From Oscillospiraceae bacterium (GTDB lineage Bacteria; Bacillota; Clostridia; Oscillospirales; Oscillospiraceae): 64,000 nt of DNA. Shown here one piece after another: positions 63,834-64,000 of this stretch (its first letter is position 1; each line of letters opens with the position of its first letter). The notes under the pieces were generated by a model, which searched no databases, was not told where the DNA came from, and worked only from the letters and a program-made list of their open reading frames with translations. A program made the position numbers and the translations under genes. Where the stretch lies: contig WRAB01000002.1 of NCBI GenBank assembly GCA_009780435.1, positions 62,420 to 126,419 of the forward strand, read 5' to 3'.

Positions 63834-64000
63834 ATGGCATTTACCCACTTACACGTACACAGCGAATTTAGCCTCCTAGACGGGGCCTGCCGGATTGCCG
63901 ATCTGCCCAGGCGGGCAAAGGAGATCGGGCAGACGGCGCTGGCCATTACAGATCACGGCTCCATGTACGGAGTTGTGGCCTTTTACAAAGCCTGTGTCCA
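63834..64000 (+). CDS. dnaE: DNA polymerase III alpha subunit, N-terminal PHP domain (partial; continues past the right edge)
   Basis: Own translation gives MAFTHLHVHSEFSLLDGACRIADLPRRAKEIGQTALAITDHGSMYGVVAFYKACV. A GAGGAG RBS is present. Confidence 0.9.
   Translation, partial: MAFTHLHVHSEFSLLDGACRIADLPRRAKEIGQTALAITDHGSMYGVVAFYKACV

Overview
By eye this is a 55-60% GC chromosomal segment that looks like Firmicutes/Clostridia (Oscillospiraceae-like); the taxonomy is inference only. It is densely coded, with about 56 protein genes and 2 tRNAs. I saw no rRNA, CRISPR array, transposase or integrase. Most of the window is housekeeping: adhE, selO, deoC, cspA-like, a rubrerythrin/perR cluster, glyQS, mnmG, pfkA, uvrA, recD2, comFC, mreB, hprK, murB, rapZ, whiA and the start of dnaE. 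Lower-GC accessory pockets are scattered among these genes. Two regions deserve the most attention. (1) At 30.4-36.7 kb, right after a tRNA(CAU)-tRNA-Trp pair, a WYL-domain regulator, an atypical Fpg/Nei-family gene and the large helicase lhr are each preceded by the same palindromic operator, AATAnGACA-N6-TGTCnTATT. Each copy is fused to a TAnnnT -10 box. This looks like a self-contained WYL-controlled DNA-damage (or phage) responsive module. (2) At 48.2-50.6 kb a low-GC single-gene insertion sits between conserved genes. It encodes an 819-aa Roc-COR (ROCO-type) GTPase. Its N-terminal part carries a very GC-rich, internally repetitive Ala/Asp tract with hexapeptide periodicity and no recognisable effector domain, which makes it a candidate NTPase-type conflict or defence gene. 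Other observations: two Rex boxes on the adhE promoter; a terminator-like attenuator in the csp leader; a route for beta-glucosides that avoids the PTS and uses an Opp-type ABC importer; several families of recurring GC-rich hairpins; and two hairpin-cluster intergenic regions. All coordinates were derived by hand from the printed sequence and the ORF track. No database search was run.
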